Source: Clostridiaceae bacterium (GTDB lineage: Bacteria > Bacillota > Clostridia > Acetivibrionales > DUMC01). Taken from it: a stretch of DNA of 37,454 bases. The position numbers and the translations under genes were made by a program. Below the pieces are notes generated by a model. That model was given only the letters and a program-made list of their open reading frames with translations, had not been told where the DNA came from and did not search any database. Below, piece after piece: positions 26,385 through 35,294 of the stretch. Positions within the stretch are counted from its first letter, which is position 1. Each line of letters starts with the position of its first letter. The DNA lies in assembly GCA_012512865.1 (NCBI GenBank), contig JAAZDH010000115.1, positions 1-37,454 on the forward strand, in the 5' to 3' direction.

Positions 26385-27553
26385 CGAACCTGGGACCTGA
26401 ACTCTGCAGGCCTTTCATTAGACAGGCCGAATTCATATAGAATAGCCTTGACTATCCTTTTGGAGGCATTGCCGTCACCGTACGGGTTTACTGCCCTGGC
26501 CATCCTGTTATACTCGTCCTTGCTCTCCAGCAGCCTGGAAGCAAGGGCGATGATGCCGTCCATGCATGTCCCTGCCAGGGCAACTGTCCCGGCTTCCACA
26601 GCTTCAGGCCTTTCTGTTTCGTTCCTGAGCACAAGGACAGGTTTTCCCAGGGCAGGAGCTTCTTCCTGGAGCCCTCCCGAGTCGGTCATTACCATGTAAG
26701 ACCTATCGATGAGATTGTGCATGTCTTGCACGTCAATGGGATCTATGAGGTGCACGCCTGGACAATCACCAAGGATGCTCCATGCGGTCTCCCTTACTGC
26801 AGGATTCAGGTGGACAGGATACACCGCTATTGTATCTTCGTACCTTTCTGTAATTGCCTTGACAGCCTTGCAGATGTTTTCCATCGGCGGGCCCAGGTTT
26901 TCCCGCCTGTGGGCTTCCACTACGATCAGCCTTTTACCGGCAAAGTCAATGCTGCGAAGTTTTTCATCATGGAATATGTAATCTTCCCGGACCGTTGTTT
27001 TTAAGGCATCTATAACTGTGTTACCGGTGACATATATACTTTTTTCGTTTACTCCTTCCCTCAGCAGGTTTTCCTTGTTTAAAGGGGTGGGAGCGAAATG
27101 AAAATCCGCCAGGACGCCGGCGAGCCTCCTGTTTATTTCCTCCGGGAAGGGGTAGTACTTGTCGAATGTCCTCAAGCCCGCTTCCACGTGGCCTACCTTT
27201 ATCTTCTTGTAAAAAGCGGCAAGGCTTGCCGCAAAACAAGTGGTTGTATCGCCGTGAACCAGGACTATGTCGGGCCTTTCCTTCTCAAAAACGGATGCCA
27301 TGCCTTCAAGGGCCTTGGTGGTAATATGCTCGAGGCTTTGCCTTTCCTGCATGATATCAAGATCATAACCCGGCACAAGGTTGAAAATATCAAGGACCTG
27401 GTCAAGCATCTGCCTGTGCTGGGCCGTAACACATACAATAGTGTCAATACTGCTGCTGTTCATTTTGAGTTCTTTTACAAGGGAAGCCATCTTGACGGCA
27501 TCGGGCCTTGTGCCGAAGATTACGGCTGCTTTTAATTTGCGAATTGTATCCAA
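26381..27553 (-). CDS. wecB: UDP-N-acetylglucosamine 2-epimerase (non-hydrolysing)
   Basis: The N-terminus AAVIFGTRPDAVKMA, the motifs HGDTTT, HVEAGLRT and DSGGLQEEAPALGKPVLVLR, and the length are all typical of the WecB/MnaA family. The TTG start at 27553 sits 7 nt after GAGGT. Confidence 0.9.
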   Translation of the reverse strand: MDTIRKLKAAVIFGTRPDAVKMASLVKELKMNSSSIDTIVCVTAQHRQMLDQVLDIFNLVPGYDLDIMQERQSLEHITTKALEGMASVFEKERPDIVLVHGDTTTCFAASLAAFYKKIKVGHVEAGLRTFDKYYPFPEEINRRLAGVLADFHFAPTPLNKENLLREGVNEKSIYVTGNTVIDALKTTVREDYIFHDEKLRSIDFAGKRLIVVEAHRRENLGPPMENICKAVKAITERYEDTIAVYPVHLNPAVRETAWSILGDCPGVHLIDPIDVQDMHNLIDRSYMVMTDSGGLQEEAPALGKPVLVLRNETERPEAVEAGTVALAGTCMDGIIALASRLLESKDEYNRMARAVNPYGDGNASKRIVKAILYEFGLSNERPAEFRSQVR

Positions 27554-27582
27554 TATTTTTACCTCAGCTTTTCTTTTTTCGT

Positions 27583-28875
27583 TCAGCGGTTAACCGCTTT
27601 TCTCAGCACCTTCATAATCGGGTTGATATTTCCCTGCCTGATATTTCTTTGCCCGTCGTTTTCCTGGCTGTCATTTCCCTGGCTGACACTTCCTTCGGGA
27701 GATTCCTTGGAAAAATTCCTGATGATATTTTCCCTGACTGCCTCTTCTTCTTCGTCTTTCCTTGGGTTTATGCCCTTGAGATACTCCGGGTCAATATCAT
27801 CAGTATCATTAGTAATGCCAACCATGTACCTTGCGCCTGCTATAATAAATGCCGAGACCAGGAGAAGCAGTATGATAGCACTTAAAGCACCCCTGTCCGT
27901 GAGGACAATAGCACACAGCCCCAGGGCTGCGCTTGCAATATATAATATAACCACCGATTGTTTCTGGCTTAATCCCATATCTATAAGCTTGTGGTGCAGG
28001 TGCCCCCTGTCCGCGCACATTACCGGCTTTTTATTTATTATTCTTCTAAATACCGCGAATGCCGTGTCAAATATGGGCAATCCCAGTGCCAGCACCGGTA
28101 TTGCTATGGAAATTGCCGTGTAAGATTTGAACATTCCTTCCACTGATACCACGGCAAGGGTGAAACCTAGAAAATACGCCCCCGTGCTGCCCATAAATAT
28201 TTTCGCAGGGTTGAAGTTGAATGGAAGAAATCCCAGCGTCGCTCCTGCAATCGCCGCGGTAATAATCGAAGAAAACGGGCCTACAATGGGGGTAAGAAGC
28301 GATATAAAAAACAGGGTCAATGAAGATATTGACGCTACCCCGGCTGCAAGGCCGTCAAGCCCGTCTATAAGGTTGAGAGCATTGGTTACACCGATTATCC
28401 ATAGTATAGTAAGAGGATATGAAATATAAGGACTAAGCTTTGTGACCCCTACGGGTGAAAAGGGGTTGGTTATAACCTCGATTCTTGTGTTTGATATAAG
28501 TATTACTGTAAGGGCGGCCAAAAGCTGGAAAACAAGCCTTGCCTTGGCGCTTAAATGCTTGATGTCGTCAAGGGCGCCTATGAAAATAATTATTATTATT
28601 CCAACAAGAAGGCCGGCAATATCCCTGAAAGACTCAAGCCATTGGTTTCCGGTTAAAAAAGAACTAAGAATGGTAAATAATATCGAAATGACGAATCCGC
28701 ATACTATGGCCAGCCCGCCCATTAAGGCGATAGGCTTTTTGTGCAGGTTCCTGCTTTTGCTAGGTATATCAATAGCTTTAAGCTTAATTGCTATTTTCCT
28801 GACTACCGGTGCAGCTGTGAATGCAACAATAAAAGCTACTGCGAAAGATATAATGTATTCATAAATCATATTCAT
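27583..28875 (-). CDS. tagO: glycosyltransferase family 4 undecaprenyl-phosphate GlcNAc-1-phosphate transferase (TagO/WecA-like) with extended hydrophilic C-terminal tail
   Basis: This is a polytopic MraY/WecA-family protein (GALDD, NALNLIDGLDGLA, FMGSTG, HLHH motifs). I prefer the ATG at 28875 (MNMIYEYI...), preceded by GAAGGTG, over the ORF start at 28965. It lies 29 nt upstream of wecB. Confidence 0.85.
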   Translation of the reverse strand: MNMIYEYIISFAVAFIVAFTAAPVVRKIAIKLKAIDIPSKSRNLHKKPIALMGGLAIVCGFVISILFTILSSFLTGNQWLESFRDIAGLLVGIIIIIFIGALDDIKHLSAKARLVFQLLAALTVILISNTRIEVITNPFSPVGVTKLSPYISYPLTILWIIGVTNALNLIDGLDGLAAGVASISSLTLFFISLLTPIVGPFSSIITAAIAGATLGFLPFNFNPAKIFMGSTGAYFLGFTLAVVSVEGMFKSYTAISIAIPVLALGLPIFDTAFAVFRRIINKKPVMCADRGHLHHKLIDMGLSQKQSVVILYIASAALGLCAIVLTDRGALSAIILLLLVSAFIIAGARYMVGITNDTDDIDPEYLKGINPRKDEEEEAVRENIIRNFSKESPEGSVSQGNDSQENDGQRNIRQGNINPIMKVLRKAVNR

Positions 28876-28980
28876 AGCAGAACAACACCTTCTTTTGTAT
28901 AAAGTACTTAACTCAAGCAAGTTTTCAAGCAACTTTTCAAGCAAGCTCCCAAGCAGGACAATCAAACATTGTCACATGGC

Positions 28981-29065
28981 GTCGTAAATAACGTTAATAA
29001 ATAACATCGTAAACAGCATCATAAATAACGTCATAAGTAACGTCATAAATAATATAATATAAAAT
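28981..29065. repeat. six to seven degenerate 12-nt tandem units (GTCATAAATAAC-like) in the tagO upstream region
   Basis: Units lie at 28981-28992, 28993-29005, 29006-29017, 29018-29029, 29030-29041 and 29042-29053, followed by a decayed AT-only copy. Confidence 0.85.
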
Positions 29066-29242
29066 TATGCGGTGCAATATTATGTTTTCATTTTTTCACA
29101 GTATAATTATTTCCCTTATGCAATAATAAATACCTGGAGCGGCACCTGAAATAACTACCTGAAACAATTATTTTTTTAAAGCCATCAATGTCGTTAAAGT
29201 AAGCCATCAATATCATTAAAGCATGATGATATCCGGCATTAT

Positions 29243-29268
29243 AAAAAAATCCAGGTGTGGCGGATTCA
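29243..29268 (-). terminator. weak rho-independent terminator candidate after the dCMP deaminase gene
   Basis: On the - strand: GAATCC, a 9-nt loop, GGATTT, then a T-run. It begins 4 nt after the stop at 29272. The stem is only 5-6 bp. Confidence 0.35.
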
Positions 29269-29271
29269 ATG

Positions 29272-29769
29272 TCAATCCTGTATAAAACTCAATGGAGGCT
29301 CGTATTTTATCACCCGGATTTCAGCTTCCCTCAAAATCGACATTGCCAGGTCGTCAGGGTAATCGCCCTTAAAAATGATTTTCCTAATTCCTGCATTAAC
29401 TATCATTTTTGCACACAATATGCAGGGCTGCGTGGTAACATAAAGAGTTCCGCCTTTTACGCTTACACCGGAATAAGCTGCCTGGATTATAGCGTTTTGC
29501 TCGGCATGAATGCCCCTGCACAACTCGTGCCTTTCACCCGAAGGAATCCCAAGCTGCTGTCTCAGGCAACCTACCTGCGTACAATGTTTACAGCCCATGG
29601 GAGCCCCGTTGTAACCTGTGGCCAGTATACGCTTGTCCTTCACTATCAAGGCTCCGACCTGCCGCCTTAAGCATGTTGACCTTGTTTTGATCAACTCTAC
29701 AATTTCCATAAAATATTCCTCCCATGTAGGCCTCAAGACCCTGCTACCCCCATTTTCCCATGCCGGCAC
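29272..29769 (-). CDS. comEB: deoxycytidylate (dCMP) deaminase, ComEB-type
   Basis: [31 protein letters not shown] and the zinc motifs HAEQNAI and PCILCAKMI are present. The GTG start abuts the rpiB stop. Confidence 0.85.
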   Translation of the reverse strand: MPAWENGGSRVLRPTWEEYFMEIVELIKTRSTCLRRQVGALIVKDKRILATGYNGAPMGCKHCTQVGCLRQQLGIPSGERHELCRGIHAEQNAIIQAAYSGVSVKGGTLYVTTQPCILCAKMIVNAGIRKIIFKGDYPDDLAMSILREAEIRVIKYEPPLSFIQD

Positions 29770-30243
29770 TTATTCACCGGCATTTGTTTTTAAATATTTC
29801 ATCTCGATTTCCGCTATTTTGTCAACCCTTTTTTTATGCCTTTGATGGTTGTCCATTTTAAAACCTGTTTTCAGCCATGTATCTACAATATCCAGGGCAA
29901 GGTCTACTCCAAGCACCCTGCTGCCGAGAGCCAGAACGTTGGAATCATTATGCTCCCTGCTCATTCTTGCCATGTAGCAGTTGGTACATAGGGCGGCTCT
30001 TATGCCGGGGACCTTGTTGGCGGATATTGAAATGCCTATGCCTGTCCCGCAAATTATAATACCTTTTTCATATTCTCCCCTTTGGATTGATTTCGCTACA
30101 AGAAGTCCAAAATCCGGGTAATCCACGGATGTTTCCCTGGAATCCGTCCCAAAATCCTTTACTTCATAGCCTTTTCTGGTAAGATAGTCAATTATTTCTT
30201 TTTTTAGTTCATATCCTGCATGATCGCTTCCTATGGCAATCAT
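29770..30243 (-). CDS. rpiB: ribose-5-phosphate isomerase B
   Basis: MIAIGSDHAGYELKKEI...GIIICGTGIGISISANKVPGIRAALC...ARMSREHNDSNVLALG is the RpiB/LacAB signature. The length is about 157 aa. Confidence 0.9.
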   Translation of the reverse strand: MIAIGSDHAGYELKKEIIDYLTRKGYEVKDFGTDSRETSVDYPDFGLLVAKSIQRGEYEKGIIICGTGIGISISANKVPGIRAALCTNCYMARMSREHNDSNVLALGSRVLGVDLALDIVDTWLKTGFKMDNHQRHKKRVDKIAEIEMKYLKTNAGE

Positions 30244-30502
30244 AATTCTACATTCTACCTCCGGTATTTATTTTACAGCATTTTACACGTTTAGTCAAAG
30301 GCAGTTTTATTACAAAACCATTAATATTTCGATAAGATTTCATTTTGTTTATATATTCTTGTTTATGCAATTATATATATATTACGTACTTATGTTATTT
30401 TCTTAGCACTTATGTTATTTTTTTATGTCGCAAGTTTATATTTTTTCGTTACGTGCTTTTCATACTCCATATACTCATTTTATTGTAGCCCATTTTATGT
30501 GC

Positions 30503-31045
30503 CTATATGTCAGTTTCCTGTTCCAACCTGCGCAATAAGCCATCTATAGCTTTTTTTACGTCCATGGCGCATTCCTTGTATGTTTGTAAAGGCATGCCGT
30601 AGGGGTCAAGTATATCCAGGCTAAAATCATAATCATCGGCTATACCGTTTCCGAGGCATTTACCGGGGCATTCATCGTTGTCTTTTCCCCGGGCATATTC
30701 CTTCAGGGTGAACACCTTGGATTTAGTATCGGGAAACATGCGTATAATAGCATCCTTATGGTTGCGAGTCATGGTTAATACAAGATACGCATCCCTTATA
30801 TCCTCATATTTTATAAGCCTTGCTTTGTGGTTGCTTATATCAATGCCCCATTCTTCTTTAAGGACCTGGATCGAATTTGCTGAAGCTGGATTACCGTTTA
30901 TTGCCATCAATCCTGCTGAGAACGCTTCAAAATGCTTTGCAAGTATAGGATGATCTTCCAAGGCTTTACTGAAGAAACCTTCCGCCATGGAACTCCGGCA
31001 GGTATTTCCCGTGCAAACAAACAAAATTTTTCTCAAATGCACCAC
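30503..31045 (-). CDS. low-molecular-weight protein phosphatase (YwlE-like arginine/tyrosine phosphatase)
   Basis: The P-loop is ILFVCTGNTCRSSMAEG and a DP motif lies near the C-terminus (DILDPYG). The start is uncertain between GTG 31045/31042 and TTG 31036. Confidence 0.85.
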   Translation of the reverse strand: MVHLRKILFVCTGNTCRSSMAEGFFSKALEDHPILAKHFEAFSAGLMAINGNPASANSIQVLKEEWGIDISNHKARLIKYEDIRDAYLVLTMTRNHKDAIIRMFPDTKSKVFTLKEYARGKDNDECPGKCLGNGIADDYDFSLDILDPYGMPLQTYKECAMDVKKAIDGLLRRLEQETDI

Positions 31046-31188
31046 CGCCTTGTATCAAGTTGCACCGCTTAAAATCAAGTCACTTGAAATCAAGTTGCGC
31101 TGCTTTGTATCAGGTTGCACCGCCCTATATCAAGTTGCTCGCGCTGCCTTGTATCAAGTTGTGCCGCCTTGGGCCTGGTTAGCCTGGC
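31046..31188. repeat. six degenerate copies of an ATCAAGTTG-core repeat (15-23-bp spacing) filling the tsaC-phosphatase spacer
   Basis: Cores start near 31054, 31074, 31089, 31109, 31129 and 31153. The longer consensus is CACCGCCTTGTATCAAGTTG. Confidence 0.8.
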
Positions 31189-32298
31189 TTACACCCTTAT
31201 TATATTATAACCTGACGCTTTAATAAGCCTGTTCATGACAGCCAGCCCGATTCCCGTTTTGTCAATGGATTCTGCCAATACCACTTGCATATTGAAATTG
31301 TCAAATTCCCTGAAGCAATTAAACAGGTTTGACGCAATTGTATCAGGATGGTTCCTGTCCCCCATGGAAATGACCGTGGAGGCCTTGTACAAATCCTTGG
31401 TCTGGTTTGTTGCCAGGACACCAACCCGCACCTGTTTTTCCTCGTAGCGCACAACTAATTCATTTATTTTATTTATGACTTTTTCCAGTTCCCCTTCCAC
31501 GGTTATTATCTTTGCGGCAGGAGAATAATGCTTGTATTTAAGCCCCGGGGATCTTGGAATTTCGCCGCAGTTTCCAGCACAGTTGTTCTTGTCTTTGCCT
31601 TTGGCGTAACCAGGGTTTTTTCCGTCTTCTGCATAATCTTCTATGTACTGTCTTACTTCCCCCAGTACATCCCGCAATTGTTCCAATGTTATTCCGCCTG
31701 GTCTTAGTACTACAGGCGGATAAGATGTTATATCCAACACCGTTGATTCAATACCCACCCTTGTAGGTCCGCCGTCTATAATCAAGTCTATTTTTCCCGC
31801 CAGGTCTTCAAAAACGTGGGCTGCTGTTGTCGGGCTGGGCTTTCCTGATTTGTTCGCACTGGGCGCAACAATTGGAAGCCCGGATTCGTCTATCAGCGAA
31901 AGGGCAACAGGGTGGGCAGGCATCCTTATTGCCAGCGTCTCGAGACCCGCGGTTATTTCATCCGGCACTGACGGGGTTTTTTTGAAGATAAGGGTCAGGG
32001 GACCCGGCCAGAAATTATCAACCAGCTTTTGTGCCCATGAAGGAACCCCGGTAACAAGATTGTCAATTGAATATTTACTGGAAATATGAACAATCAAGGG
32101 GTTGTCGGAAGGCCTTCCCTTGGCTTTGAATATGTTTTTCACCGCTTCCCTGTCCATTGCATTTGCACCAAGACCATATACCGTTTCCGTGGGAAATGCA
32201 ACAAGACCGCCATTTTTAATAATTGCGGCGGCGTAGGAAAGCTTATCCTTTTCATTTTCAATGTTGTTTGGATCAATTATTATTACTTCCGTCTTCAA
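31189..32298 (-). CDS. tsaC: L-threonylcarbamoyladenylate synthase, long form (Sua5/YwlC: YrdC domain plus Sua5 C-terminal domain)
   Basis: The YrdC core is GGLVAFPTETVYGLGANA...KGRPSDNPLIVHI...PGPLTLI...RMPAHP...APSANKSGKPSPT, followed by a C-terminal Sua5 domain. The TTG start is at 32298. Confidence 0.9.
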   Translation of the reverse strand: MKTEVIIIDPNNIENEKDKLSYAAAIIKNGGLVAFPTETVYGLGANAMDREAVKNIFKAKGRPSDNPLIVHISSKYSIDNLVTGVPSWAQKLVDNFWPGPLTLIFKKTPSVPDEITAGLETLAIRMPAHPVALSLIDESGLPIVAPSANKSGKPSPTTAAHVFEDLAGKIDLIIDGGPTRVGIESTVLDITSYPPVVLRPGGITLEQLRDVLGEVRQYIEDYAEDGKNPGYAKGKDKNNCAGNCGEIPRSPGLKYKHYSPAAKIITVEGELEKVINKINELVVRYEEKQVRVGVLATNQTKDLYKASTVISMGDRNHPDTIASNLFNCFREFDNFNMQVVLAESIDKTGIGLAVMNRLIKASGYNIIRV

Positions 32299-32590
32299 TT
32301 TCCGTGCATATGCTCCTTGCCATCTCTTGTTTGCGGTGCTTTTCCAAATACCCTTTGCATTATGTTATAATAGGACACCCATTATTAAGTATAATACAAC
32401 AACAAGAAGATTGCACTATATTTTTTGCTGCTGTTTTCCCGTCAGCAGTGCCTGGACCTGTAAAAAAACGGTAAAAAAGAATAATAAAGGATGAACAAGG
32501 CCATACTTTAAAGTACAATAAAAAAGTACAATAATTTGATGAATTTGATGCCATTATCCCGCCTGATTTGTTTATAACTCCGCAATGCCA

Positions 32591-32599
32591 TGATATAAT
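32591..32599 (+). promoter_or_regulatory. extended -10 promoter candidate for the first DUF2961 gene
   Basis: TGATATAAT matches TGnTATAAT exactly, about 55 nt upstream of ATG 32653. No good -35 element is present. Confidence 0.4.
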
Positions 32600-32652
32600 G
32601 TACTTGGGACACAAACCAAAAACCAGGACAAAAACCTGAAGGAGGATGTAAA

Positions 32653-33750
32653 ATGTTTGAACTTGTTAACAATTTTCCAAGTTCCTTGATTCTCCCGAAA
32701 AATTTCAAGGTAAAAAGGGTTAGCAGCTATGATGTAACCGGGGGAAACGTTGATTGCTGGCAAATAAAGGCAGGAGAGACAAAGGTTATTGCCGATATTG
32801 ACGGGCCCGGCATAATAAGTCACATATGGTTTACGATTGCATCACCGGACAAGTACTATTTAAGGAAAATACTGCTCAAGGTGTATTGGGATAACGAAGA
32901 AAACCCTTCCATATGTTCACCGGTTGGCGACTTCTTTGGCCTTGGACATGCCGTGCCTTATACATACCAATGTGCAGTTTTTAGTACATCCTGCAATGAT
33001 GATGGAAAGCCTGGCATGGGAGTTGCCATGAATTGCTGGCTGCCTATGCCGTTCTTGAAAAATGCAAGGCTTGAAATTGTCAACGAGCAGGAAGAGGATA
33101 TACGGAGCTTCTATTTCTATATTGACTACCAAAAATATAATTCCTTGCCAGGTGATGTACTTTACCTTCATGCCCGGTGGAGACGCGAAAACCCGTGTGA
33201 TGGATGGACAGGCCCAGGCAGCATAGTTGGTTCTCCTGAATGGGAGTTAAGGCACCAAGGGCCGGAAGGGAAAAACTTAAGCGATGAGGGAAATTACCTC
33301 ATCCTTGAGGCCGAGGGCAGGGGGCATTATATTGGCGTGAACATGAGCATTGACCACTTGCATAAAGGCTGGTGGGGCGAAGGCGATGACATGATTTTTA
33401 TTGACCGGGACGGGGAACGTACGTGGCCTCCGGATTTGCATGGGACCGGAAGCGAAGATTACCTGTGCCATGCATGGGGAATGCAAAAGGTGGCACACAT
33501 GTACTCCGGGGAACCCTGGTGTGAAATAAAAGAAGGGAATGAACATCACTACTGGGGGAAGGTATGCGTTTATAGGTATCATATCGTGGACCCCATACCT
33601 TTTGAGAAAAATATCAGGGTTAGCATTGAACACGGGCATGCCAATGACAGGAGCGACGATTATTGTTCTGTTGCATATTGGTACCAAAATGAACCCCACA
33701 AGCCGTTCCCGCCCATACTGCCTGCAAGGTTGAGACTGCCCAACCCATAG
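32653..33750 (+). CDS. DUF2961 / glycoside hydrolase family 172 protein (cytoplasmic)
   Basis: N-terminal SSYDVTGGNVDCWQIKAGETKVIADIDGPGIISHIWFT, central WWGEGDDMIFID and LHGTGSEDY motifs match the DUF2961 pattern. There is no signal peptide. The SD is GAAGGAGG. Confidence 0.8.
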   Translation: MFELVNNFPSSLILPKNFKVKRVSSYDVTGGNVDCWQIKAGETKVIADIDGPGIISHIWFTIASPDKYYLRKILLKVYWDNEENPSICSPVGDFFGLGHAVPYTYQCAVFSTSCNDDGKPGMGVAMNCWLPMPFLKNARLEIVNEQEEDIRSFYFYIDYQKYNSLPGDVLYLHARWRRENPCDGWTGPGSIVGSPEWELRHQGPEGKNLSDEGNYLILEAEGRGHYIGVNMSIDHLHKGWWGEGDDMIFIDRDGERTWPPDLHGTGSEDYLCHAWGMQKVAHMYSGEPWCEIKEGNEHHYWGKVCVYRYHIVDPIPFEKNIRVSIEHGHANDRSDDYCSVAYWYQNEPHKPFPPILPARLRLPNP

Positions 33751-33896
33751 GCCAATCCGCAGGGCTTACAGGGCTGCCTAACAAGCAAGGTTAATAAAGT
33801 TCAAAAGATAAATCGTAAAATGATATGTAAAATGGTATATGCTTAAAATAGCATGCACAATGACATGCAAATAATATATAACAGGAGGTATTTTCC

Positions 33897-34979
33897 ATGG
33901 AAATAGGGATGACTTCTCTTGCAAATCTTGCAAAACTGGGAAAGGGAGTAAAGAGCAGGCGTTTTTCGTCTTATGACAAAACAGGCGGAAATGCCGATTG
34001 GTGGAATATTAAGGCCGGTGAAACCGTGGTGCTGGCTGAAATGGCAGGAGCAGGCGCTGTCCGTCATATCTGGATGACTACAAGGGAGGATGACCATAAT
34101 CTAAGGGGACTTGTTCTAAGGATGTATTGGGACGGTGAAGAAACACCCTCGGTGCAATGCCCGTTAGGGGACTTTTTTGGACTGGGGCATGGGAAGGCAA
34201 CTTATTTTACTTCTTTGCCGCTGCAGGCATTTTATTTGGGCATGAATTGCTGGTTCCCGATGCCTTACGCAAATGGCGCCAGGATTACCGTAACCAATGA
34301 TATGGAAAGGGATACCTTCCTCTATTTCTATATCGATTACCAGGAATGGGATGAGTGCCCGGCAGATTTGGGACGCTTTCATGCTTGCTGGAGGAGGCGG
34401 ATGGTATTCAAGGAAGAAGGGATGGAAGAAGTTACGGTTGGAAATAGAACCGAGCGCTTGAATACTACGGGAAAGGGGAATTATGTAATTCTTGACGCGG
34501 AAGGCAAGGGCCATTACGTGGGTTGTGTGCTCCATATTGACACTGACGAGCCTGGCTGGTGGGGCGAAGGCGATGATATGATATTTGTGGACGGAGAACC
34601 ATGGCCCCCCGGGCTTCACGGAACAGGAACGGAGGATTATTTCTGCGGTGCATGGAACTATAACCGGCTCAACCGTACCTATTGCACACCCTATTATGGA
34701 TATCATTTCAAGGGAAATTGCGACTACACCGGAAAGCATTCCCAGTACCGCTTTCATATTGAAGATCCGGTATATTTTGAGAAGTCTATAAAGGTTACCA
34801 TAGAGCACGGGCATGCTAACAATAAACAGGGCGATTGGTCCAGCACGGCTTACTGGTATCAAGTTAACAGGAAAAAGGCTTTGCCTGATATGGGGGCTTT
34901 CAAAGATAGAATACCCTATGCTTATGGCGGAATTGAGTATTATCCCGGCAAGGATCGCAAGGTATTGCCGAGAGGATAG
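33897..34979 (+). CDS. DUF2961 / glycoside hydrolase family 172 protein, paralog 2 (cytoplasmic)
   Basis: It has the same architecture as the upstream gene (SSYDKTGGNADWWNIKAGETVVLAEMAGAGAVRHIWMT, WWGEGDDMIFVD, LHGTGTEDYF, TIEHGHAN). The SD is CAGGAGG. Confidence 0.8.
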   Translation: MEIGMTSLANLAKLGKGVKSRRFSSYDKTGGNADWWNIKAGETVVLAEMAGAGAVRHIWMTTREDDHNLRGLVLRMYWDGEETPSVQCPLGDFFGLGHGKATYFTSLPLQAFYLGMNCWFPMPYANGARITVTNDMERDTFLYFYIDYQEWDECPADLGRFHACWRRRMVFKEEGMEEVTVGNRTERLNTTGKGNYVILDAEGKGHYVGCVLHIDTDEPGWWGEGDDMIFVDGEPWPPGLHGTGTEDYFCGAWNYNRLNRTYCTPYYGYHFKGNCDYTGKHSQYRFHIEDPVYFEKSIKVTIEHGHANNKQGDWSSTAYWYQVNRKKALPDMGAFKDRIPYAYGGIEYYPGKDRKVLPRG

Positions 34980-35014
34980 TACTTGGCACTTTTAACTACC
35001 ACCAGTACTGCCGT

Positions 35015-35077
35015 CTTGTTTTGATTTGCCGGTATGTTTCCGGCACGTACCAAAACAAAGGGTGGCACCGGTTTTTT
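35015..35077 (+). terminator. compound hairpin plus T-run, terminator candidate after the GH172 pair
   Basis: Outer stem TTGTTTTG (35016-35023) pairs with CAAAACAA (35051-35058). Inner stem GCCGG (35028-32) pairs with CCGGC (35040-44). CACCGG then TTTTTT follows at 35072-35077. Confidence 0.35.
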
Positions 35078-35160
35078 CTATGCTTTTTTATAATTATATT
35101 CTGCGTGCATTATTTAATTTAAAACAGGCACAAGTACACTCCTGGTATTGCTTATAATAT

Positions 35161-35294
35161 GTTTATTTTGTTTAATTTATGTTTATTTTATATTTATTTA
35201 TATTTATTTAAATATGTCTATTTTGTGTTTAATTATGATTACACCTAATTAGAAATAGAATAAATATGCTTTATTATAAATAGAATAAGCATGC
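35161..35294. repeat. AT-rich degenerate tandem repeats downstream of the ZIP gene
   Basis: Units of about 20 bp resembling ATGTTTATTTTGTTTAATTT span 35160-35236. AAATAGAATAARYATGC occurs twice, at about 35253-35270 and 35278-35294. Confidence 0.7.

Noticed and set aside
28981-29065. Whether any of the repeat arrays (2344-2470, 15078-15335, 28981-29065, 31046-31188) is a CRISPR array.
   Set aside because: The units are contiguous with no unique spacers and are much shorter than a CRISPR repeat-spacer period. They are also degenerate, and no cas genes are present.
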